Below, in pieces: positions 20,301-31,600 of a stretch of DNA of 64,000 nucleotides. A model generated the notes under the pieces. It had not been told where the DNA came from and did no database searches. It was given only the letters and a program-made list of their open reading frames with translations. Positions within the stretch are counted from its first letter, which is position 1, and every line of letters starts with the position of its first letter. A program made the translations under genes and the position numbers. The stretch lies in assembly GCA_000002435.2 (NCBI GenBank), contig CM018792.1; one strand, 5' to 3'. The DNA comes from Giardia intestinalis. Its lineage: Eukaryota.

Positions 20301-22625
20301 TACCTCTATGGATGCTGGTTTGGAAACAGCGTCTATGTCAGATAGAAGAAAGTGGGAATTGGCATCTGCGTCTCTAGAAGGCGATTCTTGCACCGTCTGA
20401 AGAACACTATGCTGCTCTGTCATAGTCTCGGTGGCATCTGTAGTGGCATCCGTGTCTGTGTCTTCTTGAAGGTGTGGCTCTAGCAGGTTGTTGGCGTCCT
20501 TAAAGAAGTGATTGACCACCTCTGGGATGAGAAGTTCTGTAACGATCACTGTTTCCGTTGGAATGGACTGTGCCAGATTAATGTATGGCCTTGCAGAAAG
20601 TTGCTTTGCCTTCAGCTCGATAATCTTACAAAAGGAGACCATTGTAATTAGGATGACGAGTGAATCGAACATGAGCGGGGTGCGAGACTCTTGCTTGAGC
20701 CCCAATGACCATCCATAAGCGTTGATCGACACGACAAGACCAGTAAGCAGGATGAACGCCAACATTGATTCATTGGAAAACGTCTTGTTACACAGAGCAA
20801 TCATTCCATATTTAATTATCAAATAGCCTGAGTTGGTCAAGACGCAGAGCGTGGCGAAAATTGCAGCAAGAGTGTCTGAGACAGTGACAAAAGAAGTGTT
20901 CAACTTGGAGTTAACCTGAGCGTTTGTGGGGAAAATGGCATGCCCAAAGGAAAAAAGAAGTGTCAGCAATAGAAACAGTGAGTTAATAACGGCCTGTATT
21001 ATCCATTTCCGCAGATGGTTGTTGTTTATTAATAGAGATCTTGCTTCGTCAGCTACATCGGTCCCTGCAATCAGCTTGCAAGTAAATCCCATAGCCTTTA
21101 TCTTGTTGACTATAACTGGTACCGCAGCCGGAACGGCAAGGAAGAGGACGGTCCCTAACATAACATCAATCTTAATGTCACGGCAGTTTTTGTCCAGCAG
21201 CAAGTTCTCAATAATTCTAACGCACGAGTTGTCCGTTATTCCACCAACGCTGAGGCATATCTCCTTGAAGCGGTCGGTGAAGTCAACGGTGCAGGAAAGA
21301 AACGTCTGCTGCGCTGAAGACGTGAGTATTCTTCCCGACTTAATTAGATACTTGTGTGAATCCTTCGCTAGATCGGAGTGATAATCATTTAGTCGCTTGA
21401 GGAAGAGAACTATGTAGACGCGGCCCTTAGACTCCAGGCGTATGCGCTGCGTATAGGATAGTGGGTTCATGGTGGAGGTATTCTGTTGGCGGCCAACCAC
21501 AGAGTTGAGGTTTCTGTGGGAGAGATCTGACGTTAGGATAGGAGTGCCATCTTTCTGACTCCTTGAATTACGGCGCACCGTTGGATTTTGATTGGATGAT
21601 ATACTGCGGCCCCTACCAACTGCTTCATGGTACTTATAGGAGCTCCGGTCCCTGAATTCGGATATGGGGTGACTATCAACCTCCGCAAATCCTCCTGCGC
21701 AGAGTGGCCACTGGCTCAGGGCACCATAGAACCTCTCCAGTGGCTCGTTAATCGTTGCATTTCTTATGTATAAAAGGGTAACGGGGTGAGAGTTGAAGTA
21801 TACTATGCGAGAAGGGTCACCATCTGCCAACTGAAACGCTGCATAAGCCAACAACTCCAATGGTATCTCGTAGAGGTTTTCGTAGACTCGCAATTGCTTC
21901 TCATCGGGTGAGTAAGGTGACGGATCACTGCCTCCATGTACAGACTTCCCTTGCAGGTTGGTGGTGGCCGATGATGTAATAATTTGCTCTGCCTGTGCTA
22001 CTAGAGGGGTGCGGGCGCTACTCTCTTCTAAGCTTTTCTGCGCCAAGTAGTTGTAGAACCTTCCACAGTGAACCAGTGTAAGAATGTCGTTGTTACCCTG
22101 AGACGCCACATCAAACTCAGTAAAGCGAGGGTCTGTGACTGTACCTGTCAATGCACAAATGCTTGGATTGGCCTCAGACAGCGTGATTCCCGTATACTTA
22201 CTGAGGACCGCAGCAGCCAGGTCGACGACGCGCTGCTGTGGTAGGTTATAGTTCCTCGGAACCTGAGCGACGATGAACCCCCAGAGCTTCTCATAACTGA
22301 CGCATGCACACACTATTATGAAGTTGCCATATATAGTCTTGAGCCGGAGATCAGAGTTCAGGATGGAGACGACCTTGGAATAATCGTCTTCAGTAACGAG
22401 GGCTGAAAGTGTGACTAGGATTGCTACTGCAGGCACGGACTCAAATGCGAGCAGTTCTGCGGGGAGAGAGAGTTTATAGAATACCTTTCTGGCGACCTTT
22501 TCACGTATACTCGAAGATGGAAAGGTGAAATCTGCGGTCGTATCTCTGAATTTAGAATCAATCGGCAGGCGAACCTTCTTCCCATTCGTTAAATGTAACG
22601 CGGGATTGGGGTTGAAGTCATCCAT
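17364..22625 (-). CDS. Protein homologous to P1B-type (heavy-metal) P-type ATPases, but with every catalytic signature degenerate, so it is a probable pseudo-ATPase. It is fused to a large N-terminal region that contains a second block of transmembrane helices.
   Basis: Residues align to P1B landmarks in the correct order. The actuator region reads 'PCDGVVVYGSTEVDERYISGRRMMSAVKNMGDVIYAGT', where TGES has become SGRR. TM6 reads 'IAGCSSALAIAIPI', where CPC has become CSS. The phosphorylation site is 'VVFSKSGTLT', where DKTGT has become SKSGT. 'VYMITAD' matches MxTGD. The hinge reads 'CDGINDISCLPACGVSVAVGSGEQILKNSADIVLM', compared with GDGINDAPALA...ADIVLM. C-terminal TM helices are present. The track start is a GTG at 22628 and the first ATG is at 22623-22625. 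Confidence 0.6.
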   Translation of the reverse strand: MDDFNPNPALHLTNGKKVRLPIDSKFRDTTADFTFPSSSIREKVARKVFYKLSLPAELLAFESVPAVAILVTLSALVTEDDYSKVVSILNSDLRLKTIYGNFIIVCACVSYEKLWGFIVAQVPRNYNLPQQRVVDLAAAVLSKYTGITLSEANPSICALTGTVTDPRFTEFDVASQGNNDILTLVHCGRFYNYLAQKSLEESSARTPLVAQAEQIITSSATTNLQGKSVHGGSDPSPYSPDEKQLRVYENLYEIPLELLAYAAFQLADGDPSRIVYFNSHPVTLLYIRNATINEPLERFYGALSQWPLCAGGFAEVDSHPISEFRDRSSYKYHEAVGRGRSISSNQNPTVRRNSRSQKDGTPILTSDLSHRNLNSVVGRQQNTSTMNPLSYTQRIRLESKGRVYIVLFLKRLNDYHSDLAKDSHKYLIKSGRILTSSAQQTFLSCTVDFTDRFKEICLSVGGITDNSCVRIIENLLLDKNCRDIKIDVMLGTVLFLAVPAAVPVIVNKIKAMGFTCKLIAGTDVADEARSLLINNNHLRKWIIQAVINSLFLLLTLLFSFGHAIFPTNAQVNSKLNTSFVTVSDTLAAIFATLCVLTNSGYLIIKYGMIALCNKTFSNESMLAFILLTGLVVSINAYGWSLGLKQESRTPLMFDSLVILITMVSFCKIIELKAKQLSARPYINLAQSIPTETVIVTELLIPEVVNHFFKDANNLLEPHLQEDTDTDATTDATETMTEQHSVLQTVQESPSRDADANSHFLLSDIDAVSKPASIEVVSLPSSDSIQVAMDSSDKDTSLKATTRSSLSPRGHLPASAKSKGTPTLRKSGVDDSISVFTGQAHSADTSIISPNISYKRNPLYNLLIKKYQINKIVEHLTGNYNESFAQYKFANAQTRSLTKGMIVRVQAGYRCPCDGVVVYGSTEVDERYISGRRMMSAVKNMGDVIYAGTRVLYSDLYVCCVMINQDTIIGRIFSLLQRSQKASDHLPKLHRISNRILDIMGPLVLGLGVLLLVIWLAAAFSSNRVHKYILELFVKDNKSRSSDNLVKTIFSFNIMLAFFIAGCSSALAIAIPILSLSGSTRAQKMGLLMRNSCLLSEQLASVEHVVFSKSGTLTLAQPIVESILIPFNIDAMFAFFEATGQLVHTCGGYMVKRPVKLKEPETLATISEESYGNGNAGSPSPSFVIASAEAAGNTCAMMAMPLTTEESETNFPGGTDTSGPLLSMFAQPGQERRMSAKTIDALNAVVAVGDLGSIDLVMPREEDSVESNENLSSLCKPVSIQVISKSNAVDTLCHSEGSASLSDSIHRLSSPLGLTPSISSTNLKSFEIPSQAFPRTTSMPLHVSMSMSTLPNIADYMAKVYTKDDLCAAMNTDVVLGKMRDKFIYSVAIKCLKYYASFAHHSGNSIIYSLLTCIILFAKGRPMDHIVRNISNLSEFSLPDAKDFEMHQDRGGFSAIMGGEEIYCGNFYHEKKDTDGPLSNCNNENSSIPTENQQSQQYVRINPQTFKYEFINSTSPEQLEGMFDNHDYAALYIRGELISTITVSDTVRPDSQATISRLKKRGYNVYMITADTQHSAFKVSDKVEIPRECVIHDLPVNVKPDAIRFLALHDRWPTQKEVTMLSHGWKADGWEQKQQKVLFVCDGINDISCLPACGVSVAVGSGEQILKNSADIVLMSNHLSDMLQMFHFAETVRKFMIAVFIVTILYSTILLILTSGILVPVPFVISPTYSALAITGLVVCVTTIGLSLNLYCER

Positions 22626-22694
22626 CACGTACGCCAGTTGCGGCCAGCTGGTTAATTTTTTGGGGTGGTCTGTTTCTTTACCGCTACAACTGAA

Positions 22695-23138
22695 ATGGAT
22701 TTGGATCTACCGATAAACACCGTGCTCAGGGCTTGTGATATCGACCTTGAAAGCATAAAACTTTCAAAGGACCTGCGGCTGGGGCTCACCCAGATATGTA
22801 CAACAGCGATTTCATTCGTAACCTTCCTCGCCGAGAAACAGGGAAAGTCAGGTAAGAAGATCATTTCTACTGCAGATGTAGTCCGTGCTGCCTCGCGTCT
22901 TGAAATACCTGGTCTGGACCGCGAGTTGAGAGAGTTTTTGCAATCTGAGAACCACGCAAAAACAACCGAACGATTCAATACGAAGAACCCAGCCAACGTG
23001 CTGTTACTCAAAAAGGTCCAGGAGGCAGCTATCGATCGCTTTAGTAGTCTTGACATCCCCGACAGCCTAGGCTTCAACTTCGATTTTCTCACAGAGACAA
23101 AGGCACTAGACAAAGATGCTCTTGATCCTACTGAGTAG
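22695..23138 (+). CDS. Histone-fold protein of the CBF/NF-Y family, resembling NF-YC, NC2-alpha or Dpb3
   Basis: The track start is a GTG at 22665 and the first ATG is at 22695. The histone-fold pattern is 'LPINTVLRAC...LSKDLRLGLTQICTTAISFVTFLAEKQGKSGKKIISTADVVRAASRLE...LREFL' (alpha1, loop, long alpha2, loop, alpha3 and an FL-type tail). Confidence 0.5.
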   Translation: MDLDLPINTVLRACDIDLESIKLSKDLRLGLTQICTTAISFVTFLAEKQGKSGKKIISTADVVRAASRLEIPGLDRELREFLQSENHAKTTERFNTKNPANVLLLKKVQEAAIDRFSSLDIPDSLGFNFDFLTETKALDKDALDPTE

Positions 23139-23209
23139 CTGTCCCTCTGAGCCAGTAAATCATAGCAGACCTGGTTGCAAGGATGCAATGAATACAAAAA
23201 TTGCTAACA

Positions 23210-25627
23210 ATGGCTCACATAATCCCCACGGCCTACACACGGCCCCAGAAGGAGTTCAGGCAGCCGTGTCAGTTCCAAAATGTGGACTCTCAAGACCATT
23301 ATGTCGAGCTGCATGCATACACTGATCTTAGCTATAACGTAGAGTCTAAGCTCAACTCGCTAAGTGTGCAGGCAGTTCCGTCCACTCATCAACGGCCCAT
23401 CCAAACGGGGATTTTCTCAACTGAAAACGCTGGTACGCAATATGAGCCAGCTCTTTTTGACGAGGACGGCCTTAATGAGGCCGTCTCATCCAAAGACTAT
23501 GGTCTGTTTCTACAAGCGGTGGAACCGTATCTGAGCTCGAGTCTCGATATGAATTTATACGCAGACTCTGAAAATGCTCTTAAGCAAGATGAAGAGGACT
23601 ACGATGCAAAGAGCCAGTCCACCCTCCCGGAGATCCAGGCCCTGTCGCATGCAAAATACACCAGGGGGAAGGCAATATCTGCGATGGCGTACGCAAACGT
23701 CGGGAAGCTAACCTTAGTTTACATGGCCGTAGCACCACCGAACTGGCGCAACACGGGCCTTAACGAAGACCTGGAGGCATTTGGAGACAATGGGCCTGCT
23801 ATGACCTTTGCAGCTCTCTGTGACTACCACATTTTAGTCTGGAACCTGGCAGATAACATGGCACCCTTAGCCGTACTCGTCTCTCCTCACCCAGTGACCT
23901 CCATAGATGTGCACCCTCACAGAAACGGAACGGTCATCCTTGCTGGCACATACGCTGGCTCACTAATCGTCTACGACCTTGACAATGCCTACTCGTCCAT
24001 CTTCAGCGACATCTTTGTGAACAACGCCGTCATTGATGCCACCTTTAGCAACCAAGAGGCTCTTTACAACGGGCGAAATACCATGACCTTTTCCCAGAGC
24101 CTATCGGCTGGAGCAATTCCTCAGCTTTTTTATCCCTCTGTTACATCGTCAGTCAGCTCACACCACGCGCTTCCAGTAACTCAGGTTAAGTGGTTACCTC
24201 AGTCCTCACAAATTGTTCGTAATGGCGAGCTTGAGACGTCTGCCAGCCCCCTCGGCGGACTGCAGTTCACTTCTTTGGCTCCAGATGGATATATAAAGGT
24301 CTGGTCTCTTCAGTGTGTGGACCGAGACACCACCCGGTCTGATCTGACTGTTCTTTATCCATTCATTAACATCTTATCGTCATCTACATATCCGCACTTG
24401 GGGATCCTTAGACCGACCACCATCATCTTCCCGCCATCGGACGAGCCCTCCACGTTTTTCATTGTCGGTGACGCATTTGGTAACCTTGCATGCACAACGT
24501 GGCCCGTGGCCGTGGCAGCAACTCAGGCCATGGACGATGATAGACGGAAGAACGAACGAGAGATTGCAAAGGAGATTGGGACAACGGATTTAGATGCGAT
24601 AGGAGCCTACTTACTCGACCACCCCACCAAGGGGAGCTTCGTCACTTCGTTCCAGTTCTTTCTATCCACTATTTTCCATTTGGAGTACAGCACAACCGTC
24701 GACAACATGCTCCTGGCAGCCTCTGGGGACGGATGCAAGATTTGGATGATTGACAAGCAATGCCACGTCCAAACATTCGACATGGCAACAAAGGGGATAA
24801 AGGACGAGCAGCTCATCTTGAGATGTAACTATGAGGCTTCAAACACATCGGGCTTCATCGTTACAAAAGACATTCCAAATGTGATCTCCAACTATTCTGT
24901 CGGTAGCAGCACATCAATCGAAAATTTAATATCTATTTCCCAGGTCATTACCAACTTAAACCTCACCAACGCGAGCATGTCGAATCTCTCCGGCTTGACG
25001 ATAGAATATAACGCACAGGACCTTATGTCCACTAAGCGCATTCCGAATATGATTGTCCCGGTGACCAAGAGCCTTGAGACGGACTTTCCTTTGTTTGATT
25101 TCTATGAGCCTGTTTTTGGATACGGGGTTATTGACAGCACAATAACGGCCGCATGTCTCTCCCAGGCGCGGCCAAGCGTCTTGTACATAGGAAATGATAG
25201 GGGATTGGTATCTGTCTTCGATATCTCAGATCGGATGCATGAGCCCCTATTGACCCTGCAGATCTGTGTGGGGCCGGTCACGCGTATTCAGTATATCAGA
25301 CAAGCGATCGTTGGTGGAGTGAGCATAAACATGTTTGCTCAGGCAACGCTAAGCGAAATGGGTGGGGGCGGATTCAACTTTATGGAGGGGAAAACTCGTG
25401 TCAAAACACGCGACGTCCTACTGGTAGGAGACATCCATGGCACTTTGCACGTCTTGGAGATCCCTAAGACCCTCCGTAGCCGTGTACCCAACGAAAGAGC
25501 GATGCTGAAATACAAGTTTAGACGGTCTCTTGAAGGAGCTCATTACATAAGTTGGAGAAGATCTATTAGAATGCGTGCAGGCGACGAAGGAAGAGCTGCT
25601 TTGAATACAGGGGACGAAAATCCATGA
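23210..25627 (+). CDS. WD40-repeat protein. An axonemal or dynein-intermediate-chain-like role is possible but unproven.
   Basis: The track start is a TTG at 23201 and the first ATG is at 23210. WD-like blades are present ('ILVWNLADN', 'GTVILAGTYAGSLIVYDLDN', 'YIKVWSL', 'LVSVFDISD'). Confidence 0.45.
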   Translation: MAHIIPTAYTRPQKEFRQPCQFQNVDSQDHYVELHAYTDLSYNVESKLNSLSVQAVPSTHQRPIQTGIFSTENAGTQYEPALFDEDGLNEAVSSKDYGLFLQAVEPYLSSSLDMNLYADSENALKQDEEDYDAKSQSTLPEIQALSHAKYTRGKAISAMAYANVGKLTLVYMAVAPPNWRNTGLNEDLEAFGDNGPAMTFAALCDYHILVWNLADNMAPLAVLVSPHPVTSIDVHPHRNGTVILAGTYAGSLIVYDLDNAYSSIFSDIFVNNAVIDATFSNQEALYNGRNTMTFSQSLSAGAIPQLFYPSVTSSVSSHHALPVTQVKWLPQSSQIVRNGELETSASPLGGLQFTSLAPDGYIKVWSLQCVDRDTTRSDLTVLYPFINILSSSTYPHLGILRPTTIIFPPSDEPSTFFIVGDAFGNLACTTWPVAVAATQAMDDDRRKNEREIAKEIGTTDLDAIGAYLLDHPTKGSFVTSFQFFLSTIFHLEYSTTVDNMLLAASGDGCKIWMIDKQCHVQTFDMATKGIKDEQLILRCNYEASNTSGFIVTKDIPNVISNYSVGSSTSIENLISISQVITNLNLTNASMSNLSGLTIEYNAQDLMSTKRIPNMIVPVTKSLETDFPLFDFYEPVFGYGVIDSTITAACLSQARPSVLYIGNDRGLVSVFDISDRMHEPLLTLQICVGPVTRIQYIRQAIVGGVSINMFAQATLSEMGGGGFNFMEGKTRVKTRDVLLVGDIHGTLHVLEIPKTLRSRVPNERAMLKYKFRRSLEGAHYISWRRSIRMRAGDEGRAALNTGDENP

Positions 25628-25685
25628 CAGTAGCACAGACAACACGGTGAGCCCTGCCAAAAGAGTTAAACAGTGCAAGACGCAC

Positions 25686-28600
25686 TTAGTCCTTGTCACC
25701 AATATAGTATGATACCTTAAGCATCGCTTCCAGAACAGAGTTTTTCTTGACGGGTCTTCTAAACCTCCTTTCAGGTGGCTCAAAAGGCTCTGCGTCCACG
25801 GCCTGCTCTGACTCGCTGAGAAGCTCAGTAAACGACCGTGTTCCAGTAGATATCTGTTCCAATTTATCCAGCGTGCTGTTCACAATGTCGCAAACATGCC
25901 GCTCGTGAAGAACCTCTGGGTTTCGCTCCTCAAATTCCTCTGCAGTCTCATAGCGAGGGTCCGTCTCAACGGTGTGGAAGTAACGCAAGCGTAGCAGAGT
26001 CTGGATAAAGGCCTTTGTCAAGAGCTCAAGAAGGCACTGGTCTTCCTTTTGAAACTTCGAGAAGAAGCACAGCACGGCTCCGATAAGAGAGATCTTGAGA
26101 TGGGGATGCGAAGCAGGGATTTCTAAGAGTGTAGAGTCTACCAATCTGAACGCATTTAAAACCTTGTAGTGGCTGGCATCAGCATCCTTGGCGGATGCGC
26201 AGAGCAAATCGCCAAGAATCACGGCGGTCCTATGCTTGTCCAAATTGGTTAGAAGCGTGTCACCTATGCTGAGAATATACGGCTCAATAAGGTATAAAAA
26301 GGGCTTTAGAGACGCTTCTGCAGATCCAGAAGAAGGCTGCTCTTGCACATGAGAAAGAAGGATGTTGCAAACGGTGAGGCTTCTGGACCGCAAGTCCGGT
26401 GCTGCAGACAAAAGAACTGATCGATAGGTATCTTCAGCGAAAAAGCCTTGTAGCTGAACGAATAACGCGTTATACTTTGCCTCGAAGTCTGGTGCCAGAG
26501 ATAGCAACTGAATAACCGAGGCAAACAGTCGAAAGCTGGCAGCAACAAAATCAATATTATCTCGTGTTTTACGCATCTTTCCAAAAACCGCATCTTGCAG
26601 GTCAACAACAACCTCAAGTAACGTGGTCAGTGCGGAGATGCAAGCATCGGCAACGTGCTCCTGGACATCTTCGGCATCAGCTACCGACAGAATAGTTTCA
26701 CTAAGGCATGATAGCAGTATAAGGACACTGGTCTGCTGGGGCAGCACCTTCTCATTCGCCAAGATGGAGCGAATGAAATAGAGGGGGCAGCGCTGATAGC
26801 CAGTATCCTCGCAGCGCTTGATAAAGACGGCAAGAGTTTGCATAGCCTCAGAAACCACCTGATCAGAGCCCTCCGCCAGTTGCGAGCAGTTAGAAATTGT
26901 GACAACAAAGGACACAACAGAAATATCAACGCACCCGCTGAGAGTCTCTGCGTCGAGTCCTCGATACACCTCATGGAGGCAGGCCAGAACGACACGACGG
27001 CCAGCATTCGTTTCAAACTCTGCTGCCACCTTTAACAAGTTACGAATATATACTATCCGCTTCTTATGGGTCATCTCATAGGTGACAATGAAGTGGCTCA
27101 GGGCTTTTACTAAGCTAGCTGTCTGCTCGTGTCCCTCAACCATTGCTGCGACTTTACAGAAGTATGTCATTGTCTCATAAATTTCTGGCACATCTATATT
27201 CTTTTCAACGATAAGCTGTATCATGTGAAAGGCTAGCAGTGACTTGAGACTTTTATTCAACATCAGCGAAGACACCTTCACAATCAAGGAATAATCTTCA
27301 GTGGAGAAGAGATCGTAGTCGTTTGTCAAAATCACGTTAATCAGACGGAAACAGGCCTCTAGCTCCTGCCTGTCCGATGTTCGATAAAGGGCCTTGCAAC
27401 ACTCGGAGGCAATAAGCTTGGTGCGTACTGTTGGATAATTGGGCATCATAGCGGCAAGGGAATGGAATCCACTAGCGCGGCAGAAGGCCGCTCGAGAGCT
27501 GAGCATGAGAAGCACATAGTCGGCAATCTCAGGATATCTTTCAGCGGAAATAGTGGGCGCACGAAGAGCCGGTGGAGGAAGGGTAGCAATGGGGTCCTGA
27601 GCAGCATGCGGAAGGGCATGAACTGACTCCTCTGTTCCACTAGCAATAGCAGCGAAGTAAGGCATGTATTCATGAACATATGGGTCGCCATAGTGCTTCT
27701 CAATTCCATGACGTAGAAGCGCGCCCACTAGCTTGTGGGGCACCGTTGTATCGTAACTTGAGCCAACTCCGCTGAAGCCTCCAGAAATGGAACCGATCCC
27801 CTGGTAGAGCCTCTTAGGAGACGGCTCAAGAAGCAAGTGCTCGTTTCTGATATCTGTTATTGCCCGCGCTCTCCGTAAGTCATCCTCTTCGACTCTAGCG
27901 TTGATGATCTTCTCCTGCTTGGTAAGCTTGTTGCACGCGTCAACAATCTGAGGTATCAAAGCGTGATAGAAACATTTGGGGGACATCATATAGTGGACAA
28001 ACTCCAGAAGAGCGTCTTCTGTAACGGTAGAGTTAACGAACCAGCCAGCCAGTAAGGAGTGTACAATTGCATCCTGCTGGGTTGACGAAAAAGAGTAGGC
28101 ACAGCCCCTGAACAGAGGCTCAATGAAGAAGACGGTTTGGGTGATGTTAGAGAAGGACAGAGATGCTGCAGTCAGTCGAATTATATCTGCAGAGCGAGAC
28201 TCACCCACCTCAATGTGCTTGATGCTTAGTAGCGAGCGGGCCTTCTGTTCTTGAGCCTGCGCACTAAACATGTCTCGTACAAGAACTGCAATGACTTGCC
28301 GCAAACTGATTGGGGTTATAGCATCTGGTAGAGGAGAGACGTTGCAACTAGATGTATCCACATATGGGAGCTTGAGAATAATGGAGGGATTCTGGATGAC
28401 GGCAAGAAGCGTCCTATGAGGAACCATGATCACGTGCTCGAGGATTTCGTAGTACACGTATGCAGCTAGGTGCACACCAATAAACTCCTTTGCGCAATGC
28501 GTTCTTATTGAGAGTAAAATTGTGCCCAAGTTTCTTGGCCCCAGCAACATTGATATGTGCGACAAACATCGTCTGCATGCTGCACGAGCATCCTGGTCTG

Positions 28601-31600
28601 TTGAGGCAAGATCCTTCAGAATAACTATGACCAGATGGTTAAGCCGCCGCTGCCGCTGCTCCCATGGAAGTTTTGCGATAAGCTTACTAAGCGTTGTTGC
28701 TAACAGGTACCGATTCTGCGTTGTTCCCAGCCGCCTATTGATATATCTTTGCACTTGTGGTATGAAAATGCGGGAAACATGCGATAGAACCTGCGCAGGC
28801 GCGTAATCAGTGATGGAATTGAAGAGTAGCTGGAGAGGATCTGGGCTGCTCTCTACTGCTTCTGACTGATCCTTCTGAGTCTTTTCTATAGCTGTGGCAA
28901 TGACGAGGTCGTTCTTCCTAATATAACTAGCTGTTCGCATCCCACTAAGTGCTTTTTCAAACTCCTGGTTTTCCTGCTCTGCGTCAGGACCATTTTCTTT
29001 GGATGAAGTGTCAAAGCCGACGGTGAGTGATGTGTTAGGTGCACTGAGAAGGTTAAGTGAAGGGTGATTTCCTGACCCATCTCTAGCATCATCTGCAATG
29101 CTCGTATCACCGCTATCACTGGAGACCTCCAGCTCAGACTCGTTCGACGATTCAGTATCATCGCTGTCAAAGCTTTCATTTTGAGTAGCTGAAGAATTCT
29201 TTGAAGCTGTGATAAATCGGAAGTTGTCGAGAAGCGAGTTCAGAGCCTGTATGAGCCTGCCCTCGTTGGGTGAACTGTTGACCTGGCCGAGAAGGTAGAG
29301 AAGAACTGTCCTATAGCGTGCCCAGTCTAGATAAAGGCCACAAGCAGCCAGAAAATTCAAAAACATGGTATCCAACTTGTCGTCATTAGCAATAAGACAC
29401 TCTTGCAGAGATATGGGGATGAGGATGTTTGTAATAATGTTCTGATTTAATCGACAGCCAAATGCGTTGCTCATAATGAGTCTGCCTAATAACGTATTGC
29501 ACAGAAATGAAAATACATTGCCGAATGCGCTTATGCGAGCGGACGCAGAAGCATCTGCCAACCTGACAAAATCAGTCAGCTGATAAACGCAGAGATAATC
29601 AGGGCGTGCTGCATTGGCCAAACACCTTAATGATGGCATAGACCACTGGGCAGCCGAGTCCAATTCACGATCGAAGTTGAACTCTTCATCCAAAAGAACG
29701 GCCAAGTCTTCGGCACTAAGCATCTCACGCACATCACAGAGAAGCCTTCTGTCAGCACCATATCCTGCATAAACCTGCATAAACGACAGGAGCTCTGAAC
29801 GCCCTCTCCTCCGCTTGCTATCAAGCTGCGTGCTATGTGCGACGGTCTGACTTATATAAGCATGTACGTAATTCAAGAGCAGCACCTGTGCGGCCCTCCA
29901 CGAGTCTCTATGCTCAGAGTCTTCTGCTGGAGGTTTTAAGGTGAACGTACGAAGCAGTGTCGATGCCGCACTGCGCTCTGCATCAGACCCCTCGGTAAGG
30001 AAATGAAGAGCCATCCCTAAGGCCATTTTTGAGTGGCACAGGTAGGCGGAGAGGTGTTGGATGCTCTCCAGTCGCGATTCGTTATGGGGTATCCCGAGCT
30101 TGTAAAGCAAGGTGTATATCTCTGCATGGTCTCGAAGGGAGAGGGTGCTGGCTTTTGAGTATACTTCTGAAGGGATATTTAGGGATTCTATGGCCTCCAC
30201 GGTTCCGTAACACCGAAAGAGCTTGGCAAGGACTGGTCTGGCATCCACAAGCTTATTCTTCATAACAAGAGGAAGGAGAAGATTGTGCGTGCACAGAGGA
30301 GAAGCAAATTCATAAAATCTAAGGATTGCACCTGAAACTTCTGTGCTGTCGGCGTTAAGGGCGTAATGGAAAATTTCGCAAAGCTCCTCGATGATAGGAG
30401 TGATGACATTGAACCGCTTGCTCTCTGCATCGCACAAAAGCAATGTATGAACAGTGGCCAAAGATTCACGGCAGAGAGACGACACCAGGTTCTCAGGCAT
30501 GGTATATCCTATTGTGAATTCTCTAAAGTACTTTGTAGAAAGCCTTTTTCGTAAACAAAGGAGCAACCGTTCTGTAAATTCCTTCTTAATACTTGGAAGC
30601 TTCTCCAAAAGAAGGGTATACTCAGGCGTATCGAGAGTCTGCGTGCAGCTGTCCAACAATGCGGTGGCCAACGTAGTGAAAACTCGCAGGATCGTTAAGC
30701 TCTGCTTAGGATGAGGGCGCAAGTGGACTAGAAGGTCGTCTATAAACAAGTAATTCCATTGCATGTAACGCTCGACTCTAAGAGGATATCTAGATAGGAC
30801 AGTATACATCCTAACCAGGCTATTGGAGCACGGCTCTGACTCATTCTTAATGTGGAACTTACTGATCAGCGTATAAACTACCTTGAAAAAGGTCAGAGTG
30901 CTCTGTCGAGCACCGGTGTTGAATATCTCCTGGAGGCGTGCCTCTGAGTCTGTAATTTCAAGACAGCAAGTGATAAAGGTTCTGATCGTACGGAGAATGG
31001 TGCTTCTGATAAGATCAATCTCGATGCCGTCGATGTCCACCCCTTGGTGGGGGATTTTCTTGGCCTCATTCCGTGCGACGGCATCTGCACGATAGGTATC
31101 CAAAGAGCTATTGTACCAATCTGTCAAGTGTGTATGCGCATCCAGGTCAAAGAACCAGAAAGTAGCGAGAATGAGCACCACGTGCAAATACGCAGTTGTA
31201 ATGTAGGCGCTTGAGATGTACGGGAGCATCATTGTGCATGTGTTACAGAAGCCTCGGATCATGTTTCCGTGAACGTTGGGGACTCTAGCAGCTAGCCCAC
31301 ATATGTCCTCTAGATCGACCCTATGGAGAAGAAACTCAACTATCTCTGCCTCTGTGCCGCCAATGATAACGTCGTGGAAGAGCTTACTGAAAATAGGAGC
31401 GATGAGAATCCCGTACATGCGGTTGCGCTCTCGTGGGTCCATGTTTTGCTCCGCAAATGCGAAAATGGTGCGGCGCCTACTGTCATCAGAGCCGACAGAC
31501 CGTCCTCCGACGGCAGCATTTGCGACGCCTGAAATATAGTTGAAGCTCCTGCCTGTGCGGACAACCTTTCCCGCCATGAGATAGAGTGCAATGTCCATGA

